A DNA stretch of 64,000 bases from Octopus vulgaris (Eukaryota), in assembly GCA_951406725.2 (NCBI GenBank), contig OX597818.1, positions 69,874,001-69,938,000 of the forward strand, read 5' to 3'. The position numbers were made by a program, and so were the translations under genes. The notes under the pieces are model-generated. The model searched no databases, was not told the origin of the DNA, and saw only the letters and a list, made by a program, of their open reading frames with translations. Below are positions 1-13,150 of this stretch, one piece after another. Numbering within the stretch: the first letter of the stretch is position 1; each line of letters starts with the position of its first letter.

Positions 1-640
1 GAGTTTTAAGTCATCCATAGAAAACAGATGACTTATTTTCTTGCTGCTAATTTCATATCCATACCCTGTGCTACTGTTAAGTTCACTTGTAAGGAGTATT
101 AGAGTTATGCAGAAAATTAAAGGTGAAAGTGAGTCACCTTGGAAAATGATGCAGTTGACATGAATATTTTTTGTGGTCACTACTTCATTAGAGCGATATA
201 ATTGGAGATTCGTATTCCACACTAGCATGTTGTGCTTCAGGAAGTTTGAAATCATGAGAGAAATTTTGAAGATATCCAGCAATTTCAAGATCCGTGAATG
301 TGGTATTCTGTCGAAGGCCTTTTTTTATAATCAATCCATGCAGAACAGAGATTTCTGCATTTGTTATGACAGTTCTCAAGGATCATGCAATTGATTAAGA
401 GTTGGTTTTTGCAGCCATATGAGCCTCGTCAGCGCCCTTTTTGTTCAGCAGGGAAAATATTGTTCTGTTCCATAAATTTATGTTTTCTCCATGAGGATAG
501 ATGTTAAAATTTTATGTGTTAGGTAGACATGTTATGGGCCGATAGTTTTGGGGAAATTTGGCTTTAATATTCTTCAGGAGTAGGTAAGTAATACCTCTTA
601 CTAACCAATCAGGTGTTTCCATAGGATCTCTTCAGGAAAC
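1..640 (-). mobile_element. Decayed reverse transcriptase fragment of an R4/Dong-like non-LTR retrotransposon (runs off window start)
   Basis: Manual minus-strand translation across frameshifts: PDWLVRGITYLL..NYRPITCLP..FPAEQKG..GCKNQLLIN..AWIDYKK-FD..IFQGDSLSPL..ISHLFSMDDLKL, the RT motifs in order. Confidence 0.85.
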
Positions 641-644
641 ACGT

Positions 645-1060
645 TACATTCCTTGCAATTCCAAACAGATCTAAGTACTTGATGATCCACGAAAGTGGAA
701 TCATATTATAAGCTTTGCAATAGTCAATCCAGGTTATTCCCAGATTTGTTCTCCTTCAGTTACAATCCTGCATTACCATTTTGTCTATCAACAGCTGATC
801 TTTGGTACCTCTGCATCCCTTTCTACAGCCTCTCTGTTCTGGCGGTAATATATCATTTTCATCAAGAAATTATATAGTTCTTTAGAAATTCCTCCTGACA
901 GTAACTTCCACATTAATGGGAGGCAGGAAATTGGTCTGTAATTGTCAGCAGCATTTCCTTTTGATGCATCCTTCAGGCACAACACCATTTGTCCTTTTGT
1001 CAACCAGCCCAGGATTTCATCTTTTCCATTGATCAATGCTTTAAATTGTTCTGTGATGAA
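645..1060 (-). mobile_element. Second R4/Dong-like RT N-terminal fragment (different subfamily)
   Basis: ORF 788..1120 (WLTKGQMVLCLKD..NYRPISCLPLMWKLL) continues by frameshift into [31 protein letters not shown]. Confidence 0.85.
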
Positions 1061-1082
1061 ATTATCATTGTTATTATTATCA

Positions 1083-1185
1083 AAGTGGCAAGCAGGCTGA
1101 ATTGTTAACATGCCAGGCAAAATACTTAGTAGGATTTCATCCTTCTTAATGTTCTGAGTTCAAATTCCACTGAGGCCAACTTTGG
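1083..1185 (+). mobile_element. Degenerate 5' fragment of SINE family A (gttctgagttcaaattcc core)
   Basis: Matches the head of better-preserved copies at 9516-9929 and 39489-39882. Confidence 0.65.
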
Positions 1186-1194
1186 AAAAGAAAA

Positions 1195-4100
1195 TTTCCT
1201 AACATTAGGTTACAGCAACTAACCTTAGATGCCAAGAACCCTCCTAAGCTTCTTAGCTGTCCCCTAATAACACTGTTTTCTGCAGCTGTACTTAACTGGC
1301 TTTTATGCCTGTTTCCACTATCCACCTGTTCAGATCTTTAGGGATAGTTCCTAATACACCTATAACTACTGGGATACATTTTACCTGCACCTTCCATAGT
1401 CTCTGTAATTCAGTGGCTAAATCCTGGTACTTTGCTCGTTTTTCTATACCTCTCATATTGATTTCCTCATCATCTGGGATTGTAAAGTCAATTATCAGGC
1501 ATTTTCTATTTTCTTTATCTACTAGTACTAAATCAGTCTGAATGTTAAAGTCCCACACCACTTTATATTTCTTACTTTCTAGTACTTTACTAGGTTCATG
1601 TTCATACCATTTATCAGTATATTCATATCCTAGCTTTCTACAGAGCTTCCACTGAATTACTTTTCCTAGATTGTCATGTCTTTTCTTGTATTCTTTCTGT
1701 GTCAGCATGCTAAATTCACTTACTATATGAGTTACATTTTTCTCTTTTGATTTGCATAATCAACAATGGGAATCTACTTGGTTTTTCTCTATCTTGGACT
1801 TTATTCAATTAGTCCTTAATGCTTGATCTTGTGCTGCTACTAAAACTTTCCATCTCCTTTGTCAACTTTTATTTCCACAGCCATAACCATGTCTCACTAT
1901 TACTATTTGCTACAACTGTCTTTGGGAATCTACAATGCAACACCTTCTGTCAGTCAGATAATCCCTCTTCTATTTTCTGGTTTTTAACTTCGTTTGGATT
2001 TTTGGTCTTGCTTTGATTCTAGCAGCTTTTATATCTATTCTAGCTAACTCCACATAGTCTTCTACTAATATCAACCCTATTCCACCTTCCTTTCTAGGTA
2101 AGTATAAATGTGCTACTCCTGCTCTTGGGTGGAGTCCTCCATTCATATTGAATTCTTTCCTAGTTCTTTAGATTTTGTCCAGTCTACATAAGCTGCTGAG
2201 TATCTAAATAATGATATTGCTCAAGTATTTACAGCCTTCATTAGATTCAGACCATTTAGCTTTAACTTCATTAGCTTCCTCACCCTTCTTATGTACTCCT
2301 TCTCAATTTTCATTTCTGTAGTTAATACTCTATCAGATTCTAATACTCCTAGATACTTATAATGCTCTCTACCTTTCAATGCTTTTAATGTCTGACCATC
2401 TGGTAACAGGATGCCTTCACTGTTGACTACCTGTCTCCTTTTCATGACTAATATTACACACTTATCTCTGCCAAATTCCATGCCTATATCTTTGCTGAAG
2501 AGTCTTGCAGTCTGTATTAAGGAATCTATTTCTTTTTCATTCTAACTAAAAAGCTTCAGATCATCCATGTAGAGCAAACGGTTAATATTTCCCTTACTAT
2601 TTCTGAACTGATTCCACGCCTTCGCCTTCCTTAATACTAAAGTGAGGGGGATGAAACGTACAACAAATACTAAAGGGGATAACAAGTCCCCCTGGAAAAT
2701 TCCTCTTTTGATATTAACTTTCCCTAAGTGTGTATCACCTAAGTAGAGATCTACTTTCCATTTCTTCATGCTAAAGCTAATTAATTCTGTTATGTTGTAT
2801 GCTATAGGCTTTCCAGTAATCTTTCTTTCTAGCTTTTACTTCATTTAGAACTGCTTTATCTATGTATAATAAATAGATCAAGCATTCTTCTAGCCTTCTT
2901 CGTGCAACCTTTCTGTTCTTCTGACAGTAAATTTTGATTGTCAAGGTGTGTGTAAATGCTTTCTGAAAGCATTCCAGTTAACAACTTCCACATTAGTGGT
3001 AATCAGGTGATTGGTCTGTAGTTGCTAGCTGTATTACCCTTGTTTTTATATTTCATAAGGAGTATTGTTCTCCCTCTAGTCTTCCATTAAGGCAATCCTG
3101 AAGTTGTCTCCTCAGCCTCCCATGTAAGCTACTAAATTTCTTCAGTCAGTACCCTTGAACTAAATCTGGTGCTGGGCACTTCCAATCTGACATTTTTCCT
3201 AACACTTATTAATGCGCTAGTTAATCTTAGATCTGGTTGCTTCTCACTCACTACTTCTTCCCCCACTTTCTTTAATCATGCTGCATCTCTATTATGATTG
3301 AATGACTTATCCCAGATATTACTCCAGAACTTTCTAGCCTCTTCTGCATTAGGTTTCTCATCAGAAGTACTTTCTTCTTCACTAATTATTTGGTTATAAA
3401 ATCTCCTCTGGTCTGTCTCAAGTAATCTATTCTGCTGATACTGATCTATTTTTTTCTGATATCTGGAAAGCTTGCTTGCTACTGCTATGGTATGCTGTTT
3501 CAACTCTTCATTGACTGTCCTAAATCCTTTCTCTTTCACTAAGTGTCTTTTCTCAAGAGAAGATTTGCATCTTGTGTTTCCTAATTTGTTCAGTTTCTAG
3601 ACTTCTCTTCTAGTCAGATCTTGTCTTAAAGTTTTCACTTTATTTTGTAATCTCCTTTTCTACATTTGCTCTTTTTAATCTTTCCCAGTGGAATATTTAA
3701 TCTTTTAGTAACTTCTGCCCCTCCTGCATACATCAATAAGTTAGTGTCTCCTATATTTTTAGAATCAATCCTACCGCTAATAGAATCTGCTTCCCTAGTC
3801 ATATCTAGCAGCTTCCTTCTGTTGGTACCTTTTAATATTGGCAATCTTTTTCTTACTTCTTTACTCATCTAAAAGCTTCTAATCTTCTTCACTTAAATCT
3901 CTAAAGTCCTTGATGCCATTTGTGTCTTCCTTATTGGTAGCACTACCATTATTTTTTCCTTTAGCTCCTTCTTTGGTTTGAGCTGTATCGCTTATGTAGT
4001 TGTTTGTCTTTCCCACTGCCTGGTCTTTCATTTCCAGTTCTCTTGTGGTCTCTTCTACCCCCACTTCGGTCATCCACTTTCTTCTCCAAATAGCATTAGC

Positions 4101-4420
4101 TTGATCAACTAATCTCTGCTCCCTCACTTTAAATATACCCTACTCTACCCAAAGTGTTCACATCTGTTTTGTATGGCCCCTAATCTCTGCTCCCTCACTT
4201 TAAATATACCCTACTCTACCCAAAGTGTTCACATCTGTTTTGTATGGCCCCTTCTTTTAGGTTCACTTTCTAAGTAGCACTGCATCACTATTCTGTTTTC
4301 CATCACTGGTCCACTCCTTCCTCTCCTTTACTCTATTATCTGCAAATGCTGTATTAGGATGACAGCTGTGGTTAGTCTGCATCTTTATTGAACCACTGCT
4401 AAGTGAGAGGCCTTTCCTTA
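1195..4420 (-). mobile_element. Near full-length decayed R4/Dong-like retrotransposon (RT, CCHC knuckle, restriction-like endonuclease)
   Basis: Collinear ORF pieces 3879..4127, 3635..3868, 3276..3539, 2542..2769 (GIFQGDLLSP, LLYMDDLKL), 2221..2481 (YKYLGV), degenerate CxxC..H..C near 1710-1770, and 1292..1708 (RHD, WDFNIQTD, IIDFTIP, KYQDL). The 5' boundary is approximate. Confidence 0.92.
4110..4251. repeat. Perfect 71-bp tandem duplication inside the retrotransposon
   Basis: taatctctgctccc...gtatggcccc at 4110-4180 and 4181-4251. Confidence 0.97.
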
Positions 4421-6521
4421 AAGATCCAGCCTCATTTTTAATGTTACAACCAGAGTTTCTATGGAAACTCCTGTCTCTCATAAACTGAGGTAAGGTAACA
4501 TTCATCCCCAACGTCATCACCTCCATTATTTTTTGGTCTTGCTGCACTTTTGTGCTGTCGAGGTGGTGTGTGCTGCAGATTTTGGTGGAGTGAGAATGGG
4601 GGAGGAGGAATAGGGGGAGGGAAATGGTTTTCACACAGAACCAATGAAACCACCAAGCAATGTGACATATTACTCTGAAGAGATGCATATAGTTGCACCA
4701 TCGTTAAAGCAATGGCAATATAAAGGCCTATGGAAAACAGACACCCACACATACACATGTACACATGCATATATATACACAGATGCATGCATGTACATAT
4801 ATGCACACAACATGAACTCATACATGCACATACACACACACACTCATTAAATGCACATGTCCTATGTTTATGACTTCTCCCTCCACTTACACTTGAACTT
4901 CTCTCATCCTTCTCTAATTGTACTGTTTCTCATTTTCCCTCCTTTTTCTTTGTCTACACATCTTAGCTTACTGCGTTTCTTTTAAATTTCTTTTCTATAG
5001 AACACTTCACTTTTTTTTGTGCTATCACATGATGGAAAGCTGCTAAATAGTGCCATCATTGGATGGATTAATGAATATGGCAACCTCTTTAGTGTTGGTG
5101 CCACAAAAAGGCTTATGGGACAGAAAACATTTGTTTTGCTTTACATTTTACACATTTTGAAAAGTATCATAAATCACTGATGACATTTAAGTCTGTCTCC
5201 CCCTCTAATCCATTGTCACTTGCTGACAGTGAATAACATCTTTCAGTGAAAATATTTTTTACTTCGTTTATTTTTTTCTTTCAAGGACTTAGCATTGATA
5301 CAATTTTTCATATTCTTCTAGGAAGATTGAATGAAATATTGATGGAATATTGATGTTTGGGATCGTATGAAGCAAAAAGTAAATATTACTTCAAATCTGT
5401 TGGTTTATGATGTACAGCTGTATCGATTCTATTCAAGTTTTCTATAGCAAATAGACCTAAAATGAGTAATTTAGTCTTGCTACACATCATAATATACAGA
5501 ATACTATTAATTTATGAGTATTTTAAAATTGGAAAGTTTATCTAAACTTTTATTTACACAGTAAAACAATCTTATAAATATTCTTACCAATTTTCTTTCA
5601 AATAATAAATGTTTCTAGATCTTTCATATATTTTTAACTCAAGACAACCTATTATCAAATTTGCCTATGTTGGGGATACATTGGTTCTTATTGCTGTTCC
5701 ATTATTAAACCTGCTTATCTTGTGGCTACATTTGTTCACATTGATGAAGCTGCTCCAAATTTGTGATGTATGTTGTCGAGTACAAATGTATGATATTTTT
5801 GAGAATAAATTGAAATCCTTCAATTATAAATTCTTTTCCTCAGATTTCATGGAGCATTTCTTAAACCAAAAAATGCATTGCTTCTATTCCATATTTATGC
5901 AGCATATTTTTATACATGTTAACCACACCAGTTGAAACTCTTGTGGTTTCTACATTTGCTGTACATGAAAGGTTAATTTCACATCTCCAATACAGCACTG
6001 CATTGTTTTCAAATACAGTTTCTCTTTTATATCTAGAAATATACCAAATTGATGGATTTCCTAAGATGGACCTGCTATCATTAGTCTTAATTTCAAATTA
6101 TTTGTGCAAAGAACATTTAAACAAACAGATGATGATTCTCAACAGGCATCATTTATAACATTATTTTGTGAGCTTGTTATTTATTTATTTATTTTTTGGT
6201 GGGGGTAATGAACAAAATTACTTGTTTTGCATTCAAAATAGGAGAGATAATTGCATTCTTTATTAGTTAACACTTTACGGCACAAAGTGCCTTGGTAACA
6301 GCTGTTGTTTCAAGCTTGGGTAACACAAGACTTTTATTGTAGTTTTTACAACCATTGCAACTACATCGATAATATAGTTGTCCATATCCAGTCTAACAAC
6401 ACCACTTCTCAGATCATAACTACATTCTAACTGCACTACTTATCAAATTGGTTTCTTTTGTATTCAGTTTTAATTTTTTTATTATGATAATAATAATAAT
6501 AATCGTAATAATAATAATAAT

Positions 6522-7296
6522 ACAGGATTGTAGGCAGGGTTTGAAAGAGGTGATTGTAGTGTACCACCAAAAGCCTGATCATCGCTGCACAAGACCGGCT
6601 TTTACTACCAATTCAGTGAAGTATAACATCTATAAAATTTCTGACATACAGAAATGCAGACTCTGTGGAAAGAGTATGGAAAATGTGACTCACTTCATAA
6701 GTGGTTGTGAGAGCCTAGCACAAAACAGAACACAAGCACCACCATGATAAAGTGTGTGTGTATCTTCATTGGCTCTTATGCCTTAAATACTAATATGAAG
6801 TAACAGAGAACTGGTATGAGCATGTACCAAGTAAAGTTATGCAGGAGGGTGGAAAAGTAATGATACTCTGGGACTATGATTTGCAGGCAGATCGTGTAAT
6901 CGAACACCAGCAGCTGGATACTGTCATATTGAATAAGAGAGACAAATACTGTCAATCATTGATGTAGCCATACCAAATGACATGAATGTTGTGAGTAAAG
7001 AGGTTGGAAAAATCACCAAATTCTATGAATTGAAAGTGGCAATGGCAAGACTGTATGGAATGCAAGAGGATAATGTAAAAGTGATACCAGTGGTGATCAG
7101 AGCATTGGGCTCAACCCAAATGAAACTTCAAGACTTCTTAAAGCAACTGGAAATCCCTTGCAAGATTGATGTCTTGCAAAAAGCAGCCTTATTGGGTACA
7201 GCATACATCTTAAGGAGAATATTATCTGTCAGAGGTCCTTGTTGTGACTTGACAGATGACTAAAGACTCCAATGCATTTTAACCTACACTGTGTTA
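6522..7296 (+). mobile_element. 5'-truncated R4/Dong-like element (zinc knuckle plus RLE domain and 3' end)
   Basis: IAAQD..KCRLCGKSMENVTHFISGC (CCHC), HDKV, WYEH, LWDY, ORF 6982..7263 (KVIPVVIRALG..LLGTAYILRRIL). Preceded by (TAA)n, followed by (GAC)/(GAT)n. Confidence 0.9.
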
Positions 7297-7342
7297 TGAC
7301 GACGACGACGAAGATGATGATGACGATGATGATGATGATGAT

Positions 7343-8072
7343 GATTGCCCTGATGCAGTACCAGGCAGTGGCTCTCATGGCTTCTGATCTTAACAGATTG
7401 GAAGTGTTATTATGTACATTGTTTTGTCTTGGTATGAAAGATGGGCTACAGTAAATATTCTGCTCAATATTACAGATTTGCTTGTCAGTCGTTTGATCTT
7501 AGCCAATTGACCATGTCCCATCGTGGTTGACAATATGTGCATCTCTGATCACGAGCAGAAGTAGTGGGGGAGCATCATAGCCATGTGTTGAGAGGAATTC
7601 TTTGGTGTTTGAATAATTCACCTCTGGAAACATGAGTGCTTTGTTTGACATCCTTAAAAAAAACCTTATTCAGGAACCTTTTAAGCAGGATAGGCTACTT
7701 GACCTAAAGGAAACTCTAACTGGGCCCCACCTGCAAGGTCATGCTCCGTGTATCTTGATATGAGATCACTTTGTCATGCACATATGGTTGTGATGCATGT
7801 GCCTGGTGTACCCTTACCAGACAGGTAGTTATGATGGGTATACTGGGCTTTGTATATTTTACCCCAGTGTCACTTTGATGGCATACACTGCTCTCTCACT
7901 CAGTAATAATAATAATAATAAAAATGATGATGATAATGTGCCTAGTGTACCCTTACTAGACGGGTAGTCATGATGGATACTGGGCTTCATGTATTTTACC
8001 CCAGTGTCCCTTTGATGGCATGTGCTGCTCTCTCACTCAACAATAATAATAATAATAATAATAATAATAATT
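7343..8072 (+). mobile_element. ~560-bp non-coding retroposon-like repeat with (AAT)n tail, plus a tandem ~100-bp copy of its 3' end (7937-8040) with its own (AAT)n tail
   Basis: tgtgcctggtgtaccctta...ctctctcactca+(aat)n occurs twice; no ORF; microsatellite tail typical of retroposons. Confidence 0.7.
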
Positions 8073-8099
8073 AATCATGATCATCATTGTCATCGTCGC

Positions 8100-8275
8100 C
8101 ATCATCATCATCATCATTTAATGTCCGCTTTCCATGCTGGCATGGGTTGGACAGTTCAACAGGAGCTGGCAAACCAGAGATCTACCAAGGATCCTGGTTT
8201 CTATGGTTGGATGCCCTTCCTAATGTCAACCACTTTACCAAGTGTTCTGGGTGCTTTTCACATGGTTGCATTTTA
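8100..8275 (-). mobile_element. RTE-like LINE 3' UTR fragment with (GAT)n tail
   Basis: Reverse complement of the 3' end of the 12145-13150 element. Confidence 0.75.
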
Positions 8276-8679
8276 ATGTCTTCATACTTTCCCATTCTGC
8301 TGGGTTGAAATAAGAACAGAAATTTATATGGAAAATAAGTGATAGGAACATAGAAAGTATGAAGTTCTTTATTCCTAATTTTTGATAGATTACTTCTGAA
8401 TTTGCAAATTGTTTGAATTGTTGATATTACCTGAAGCTCCAGATGCAAGAGACCCCGGCCCTTCACAAGAGTATTTCTTTCATATTGCTAATGATTTTTT
8501 ATCAGTTTTTCATGCTGTGTTAGTTTTTAGCACTAAATGGTGTTCTGTGTGAATACATACACCTCCACCTCTAAAAACCAATTGCATAATATCTTTGAAT
8601 CATATATATGGGCAGTTGTAACGAGTAAATGGACAGTGCTTATTATTAGAATTATTGTTATCATCAGCATCTTTATACA

Positions 8680-9340
8680 ACAAACGAGTAGAACCATCAG
8701 CATGTCTGACCAAATGGTTAGTGGCATTCTGTCCATCTTTACAGTCTGAATTCAAATTCAGCTAAGGTTGATTTTGCCTTTCATCTTTACTGGGTCAGTA
8801 ACATAAGTACCAGTCAAGCCCAGGGGTCAAAGTAATCCATTAGCCCTTTCCCCATAAATTGCTGGTTTTCTGCCAAAATTTAAAACCATTATTATTACTA
8901 TTGAGGCATTGAGCTGCCAGAACCATCAGCATGCCTGGCAAAATGGTCAGTGGCATTCTGTCCATCTTTATGTTCTGAGTTCAAATTCAGCCAAGGTTGA
9001 TTTTACCTTTACATCCTTTCATCATCAATAAAATAACTACCAATTGAGCACTGTCATCAATGTAACCAAGGTGAACCATTCCCCAAAAGCTGCAGGCCTT
9101 GTGCTCAAAGCTGAAAGCATTATTAATTTACTGGATTCGTTAAATCATACAGCACTTGGCAAAATGGTTTGCTGTATTTCATTATGGATCCCTATGTTCT
9201 CTGCTCAGATGCTACTGGAGTCAGTTTTACCTTTCATCCTTTTAGTGTTGATAAAATTGAGTACCAGTCAAATACTGGGGGTGATCATATTGGCTAATAC
9301 CCCTCCCCTCAAAACAGCTAGATTTGTGCTTAAACTAGAA
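8680..9340 (+). mobile_element. Three old tandem copies of SINE family A
   Basis: Repeated agaaccatcagcatg..ctgagttcaaattcagc..gcctttcatc..aagtaccagt..gctggccttgtg motifs. Confidence 0.65.
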
Positions 9341-9460
9341 GTTATAACACAGCCAGCTGATAAGAGAAATGCTTTAAATTATTTCTTCCCGTTCTTGATA
9401 TTCTGGGATTTATTTGCCATGGCAACCCATCACAGATAAAAGATTATTATTGCTATTGCT

Positions 9461-9505
<45 letters not shown>

Positions 9506-9515
9506 GGTGGTGGTA

Positions 9516-9929
9516 TTCTTATTTCTTTACTGCCCACAAGGAGCTACGCACAGAGGGGACAAACAAGGACAGACAAACAGATTAAGTCAATTATATCGAC
9601 CCCAGTGCGTAACTGGTACTTATTTAATCAACCCTGAAAGGATGAAAGGCAAAGTTGACCTCGGCGGAATTTGAGCTCAGAACATAACGGCAAGCGAAAT
9701 ACCTATTTCTTTTATTACCCACAAGGGGCTAAACAGAGAGGGAACAAACAAGGACAGACATAGGTATTAAGTCGATTACATCGACCCCAGTGCGTAACTG
9801 GTACTTAATTTATTGACCCCAAAAGGATGAAAGGCAAGGTCGACCTCGGCGGAATTTGAACTTAGAACGCAGCGGCGGACAAAATATCGCAAAGCATTTC
9901 GCCCAGCGTGCTAACGATTCTGCCAGCTC
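9516..9929 (-). mobile_element. Dimeric SINE family A (head + core-tail + core-tail)
   Basis: Two ~190-bp units (cccacaagg..gtcgacctcggcggaatttga); head gagctggcagaatcgttagcacg on the minus strand; B-box-like gagttcaaattcc. Confidence 0.85.
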
Positions 9930-10039
9930 ATGCTGGTTGTGGTGGTATTCTTATTCTTTTTATTATTGCTATTATTATCTTTATTATTATTATTGAACCA
10001 ATCCTATGACTGGCACCTGGATGCCAGGACCCCTGGACT

Positions 10040-10353
10040 GGTGGTACGTAAAAAGCACTATCCGAATCGTGGCCAATGCCAGTGCCGCCTCGACTGGCTT
10101 CCGTGCTGGTGGCACGTAAAATGCACCAATCCGACTGTGGCCGTTGCCAGCCTCGCCTGGCACCAGTGCAGGTGGCACGTAAAAAGCACCCACTACACTC
10201 ACGGAGTGGTTGGTGTTAGGAAGGGTATCCAGCTGTAGAAACATTGCCAGATAAGACTGGAGCCTGGTGCAGCCTTCTGGCTTCCCAGATCCCCGGTCGA
10301 ACCGTCCAACCCATGCCAGCATGGAGAACGGGCGTTAAACGATGATGATGATG
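10040..10353 (+). mobile_element. RTE-like LINE 3' UTR fragment, relatively young (CpGs retained)
   Basis: ggcacgtaaaaagcacccactacact..ccaacccatgccagcatgga..(gat)n, as at 12960-13150. Confidence 0.8.
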
Positions 10354-10379
10354 ATTATTATTATTATTATTATTATTAA

Positions 10380-10592
10380 GGCTGAAAGCCAGCAGAATTT
10401 TCAGCATACCAGACAAAATGGTTAGTGCCATTACCTCCGACTTTACACTCTGAGTTCAAATTTTACTGAGGTCAACTTTGCACTTCATTCTTCTTGAATC
10501 AACAAATTATTTAAAAGTCAAGTTCTATAGCTGAGGTGATCGACCATATTCTACCACAAAATTTCAGGCTTTGTGCATATAATAGAAATACC
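10380..10592 (+). mobile_element. Degenerate SINE family A copy
   Basis: ctgagttcaaatt..gaggtcaactttgc core and aatttcaggctttgtg tail. Confidence 0.65.
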
Positions 10593-10614
10593 ATTATTAT
10601 TATCATCATCATCA

Positions 10615-10654
<40 letters not shown>

Positions 10655-10666
10655 CATTATGATTAT

Positions 10667-10741
10667 TCAGGTCACTGCTTGGAATCGAACTCAGAATCTT
10701 GGAGTTAGTAGCCCATGCTCTTAACCACTACACCATATGCC
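10667..10741 (-). mobile_element. Minimal tRNA-derived SINE (tRNA-like head plus (AAT)n tail)
   Basis: Minus strand: ggcatatggtgtagtggttaagagc (A box)..gagttcgattcc (B box)..gacctga then (aat)n; acceptor stem does not pair. Confidence 0.7.
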
Positions 10742-10742
10742 T

Positions 10743-10890
10743 GTTCTGAGTTCAAATTCTGTTGAGGCCGATTTTACCTTTCATCTTTTTGGGGGTCAAT
10801 GAAATAAGTACCGGTTGAATACTGGGGTTGATGTAATCAGCTAGCTACCACCTCCAAATTTCAGGCCTTGCACCTATAGTAGAAAGGATC
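10743..10890 (+). mobile_element. SINE family A core plus tail
   Basis: gttctgagttcaaattc..cctttcatc..aagtaccggttg..aatttcaggccttgc. Confidence 0.7.
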
Positions 10891-11066
10891 AACATCATCA
10901 TCATCATCATCATCATCACCACCATCATCAGTAGTAGTAGTAGTAGCAGCAGCAGCAGCACTAGTAGTAGTGTTAAACATTAATCATAAATTGATAATTC
11001 AACTAACTGAAACATACTAATTTTACAAGATATGTATGTATGTATGTATATATGTATGTATGTATG

Positions 11067-11098
<32 letters not shown>

Positions 11099-11814
11099 TG
11101 TATGTATGTATGTATGTATGTATGTGTGTTTGTGTGTTTGTGTATGTCTGTGCATGTGAGTATGTGCATGAGATACTGAAGAGTCAGATCACATGACATA
11201 TTATTATAAATTATTACCTCATATATAGCATGATATTATTAATGGTTAGATGAACAGCATTCCACCCTCACCTCCCTCAGACAACAACAGCTCATGGCCA
11301 AAATTAAGATTGCAAAACTGTAACGAGATAAAATGTATTTCAAAAAATAAGAGTACATTGCTAAATATAATTTGCATAGAAATATCTCTTATTTAATGGT
11401 TCCATAAAATATGATGGGTTGAACAACTTGGTGTACATATTAGCTGGAAAAAACAACAAAAAAACAAAACAAAGATGCATCTTTCGCATATGCACACACA
11501 CACACATACATACACACACATACACACGCATACAAGTGCACACCAAAGCAGTGTTCAATATTTTCAATTGGTCGTTGTATGCGATCATCAGTGGGCACTG
11601 CATTGAAGTAGATGGTTGCTCCCACTCTTTTTCTCAACCTCTTAGGCTGAACTAAACAACATCAGCACTGCCCTTCCTCATGTGACTTCACCAGTAAAAG
11701 GAAAATATAAACATACAATTATGCGCACACACACACACACACCTCTTGGAATATGCCCACACAATTACACATAAAATATAAGTATAAATAAAATGTATAT
11801 ATGTGTGTGTATGT

Positions 11815-11852
<38 letters not shown>

Positions 11853-11856
<4 letters not shown>

Positions 11857-12060
11857 TTTTATTCTTTTACTTGTTTCAGTCATTTGACTGTGACCATGCT
11901 GGAGCACTGCCTTTAGTCAAAGAAATCGATCTCAGGACTTATTCTTTGTAAGCCTAGTATTTATTCTATCGGCCTCTTTTACCGAATCGCTAAGTTACAG
12001 AGATGTTAACACACCAGCGTTGGTTGTCAAGCAATGTTGGGGGGACAAACACAGACATAC
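11853..12060 (-). mobile_element. 3' half of SINE family B
   Basis: Reverse complement of 55545-55730 (gacaacc..cttagcg..gaataagtcctg..cagtcaaatgactgaaacaagtaaaa). Confidence 0.8.
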
Positions 12061-12076
12061 AAACATATACACATAC

Positions 12077-12144
<68 letters not shown>

Positions 12145-12146
<2 letters not shown>

Positions 12147-13150
12147 GGCCTCTCGCTCAGAGTAAAAGGTAGATTGTATGACACATGTGTATGAACAGCC
12201 ATGCTACACAGCAGTGAAACATGGGCTGTGACTGCTGAGGACATGCGTAAGCTCACAAGGAATGAAGCCAGTATGATCCGATGGATGTGTAATGTCAGTG
12301 TGCATACTCAAAAGAGTGTAAGTACCTTGAGAGAAAAGGTGAACCTAAGAAGCATTAGATGTGGTGTGCAAGAGAGACGACTGCGCTGGTATGGTCATGT
12401 GGCAAGAATGGATGAGAATAGCTGTGTGAAAAAGTGCCACACCCTAGCGGTTGTGGGAAACTGTGGAAGAGGTAGACCCAAGAAGACCTGGGATGAAGTG
12501 GTGAAGCATGACATTCGAACATTAGGCCTCACCAAGGAATTGACTAGCGACTGAGACTTTTGGAAATATGCTGTGCTTGAGAAGACCCGGCAAGCCAAAT
12601 GAGACCATAGCCTGTGGCCTATGAAATGAGACCATAATCTGTGGCCTATGCCAGGAGTGTAACCAGCCCGCTTATGCGTACCTTTTCCTTCTTTGGTCAT
12701 TAAACTTTGCTTGTGAAGACCTGTTGAGGCAAGTGAACTCAAAATCAAATTCAACGACTGGCATCCATGCTAGCAGGGTGCAAATAGCACCATACGAGGG
12801 CAATCGTTGACAGAGTGGCTAACTGGCTTCCGTGCCAGTGGCATTTAAAAGGACACCATTTGAGTGTGATCGTTACCAGCGTCGCCTTACTGGCACTTGT
12901 GCCCATGCTAGTAGGGTACCAAGGGCACCGTACGAGCATGATCATTGCAAGAGCAGCCAACTGGCACGTAAAAAAGCACTCACTACACTCTCAGAGTGGT
13001 TGGCGTTAGGAAGGGCATCCAGCTGTAGAAACTCTGCCAGATCAAGATTGGTGCCTGGTGCAGCCATCTGGTTCGCCAGCCCTCAGTCAAAATCGTCCAA
13101 CCCATGCTAGCATGGAAAGCGGACATTAAACAATGATGATGATGATGATG
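12145..13150 (+). mobile_element. 5'-truncated RTE-clade LINE (ORF C-terminus, 3' UTR, (GAT)n tail)
   Basis: ORF 12201..12554: LHSSETW..RRLRWYGHVARM..RGRPKKTW, typical RTE C-terminal motifs. Confidence 0.92.

Noticed and set aside
10667-10741. tRNA gene
   Set aside because: Acceptor stem does not pair and an (AAT)n tail follows; it is a SINE head. The same applies to 27351 and 37374.
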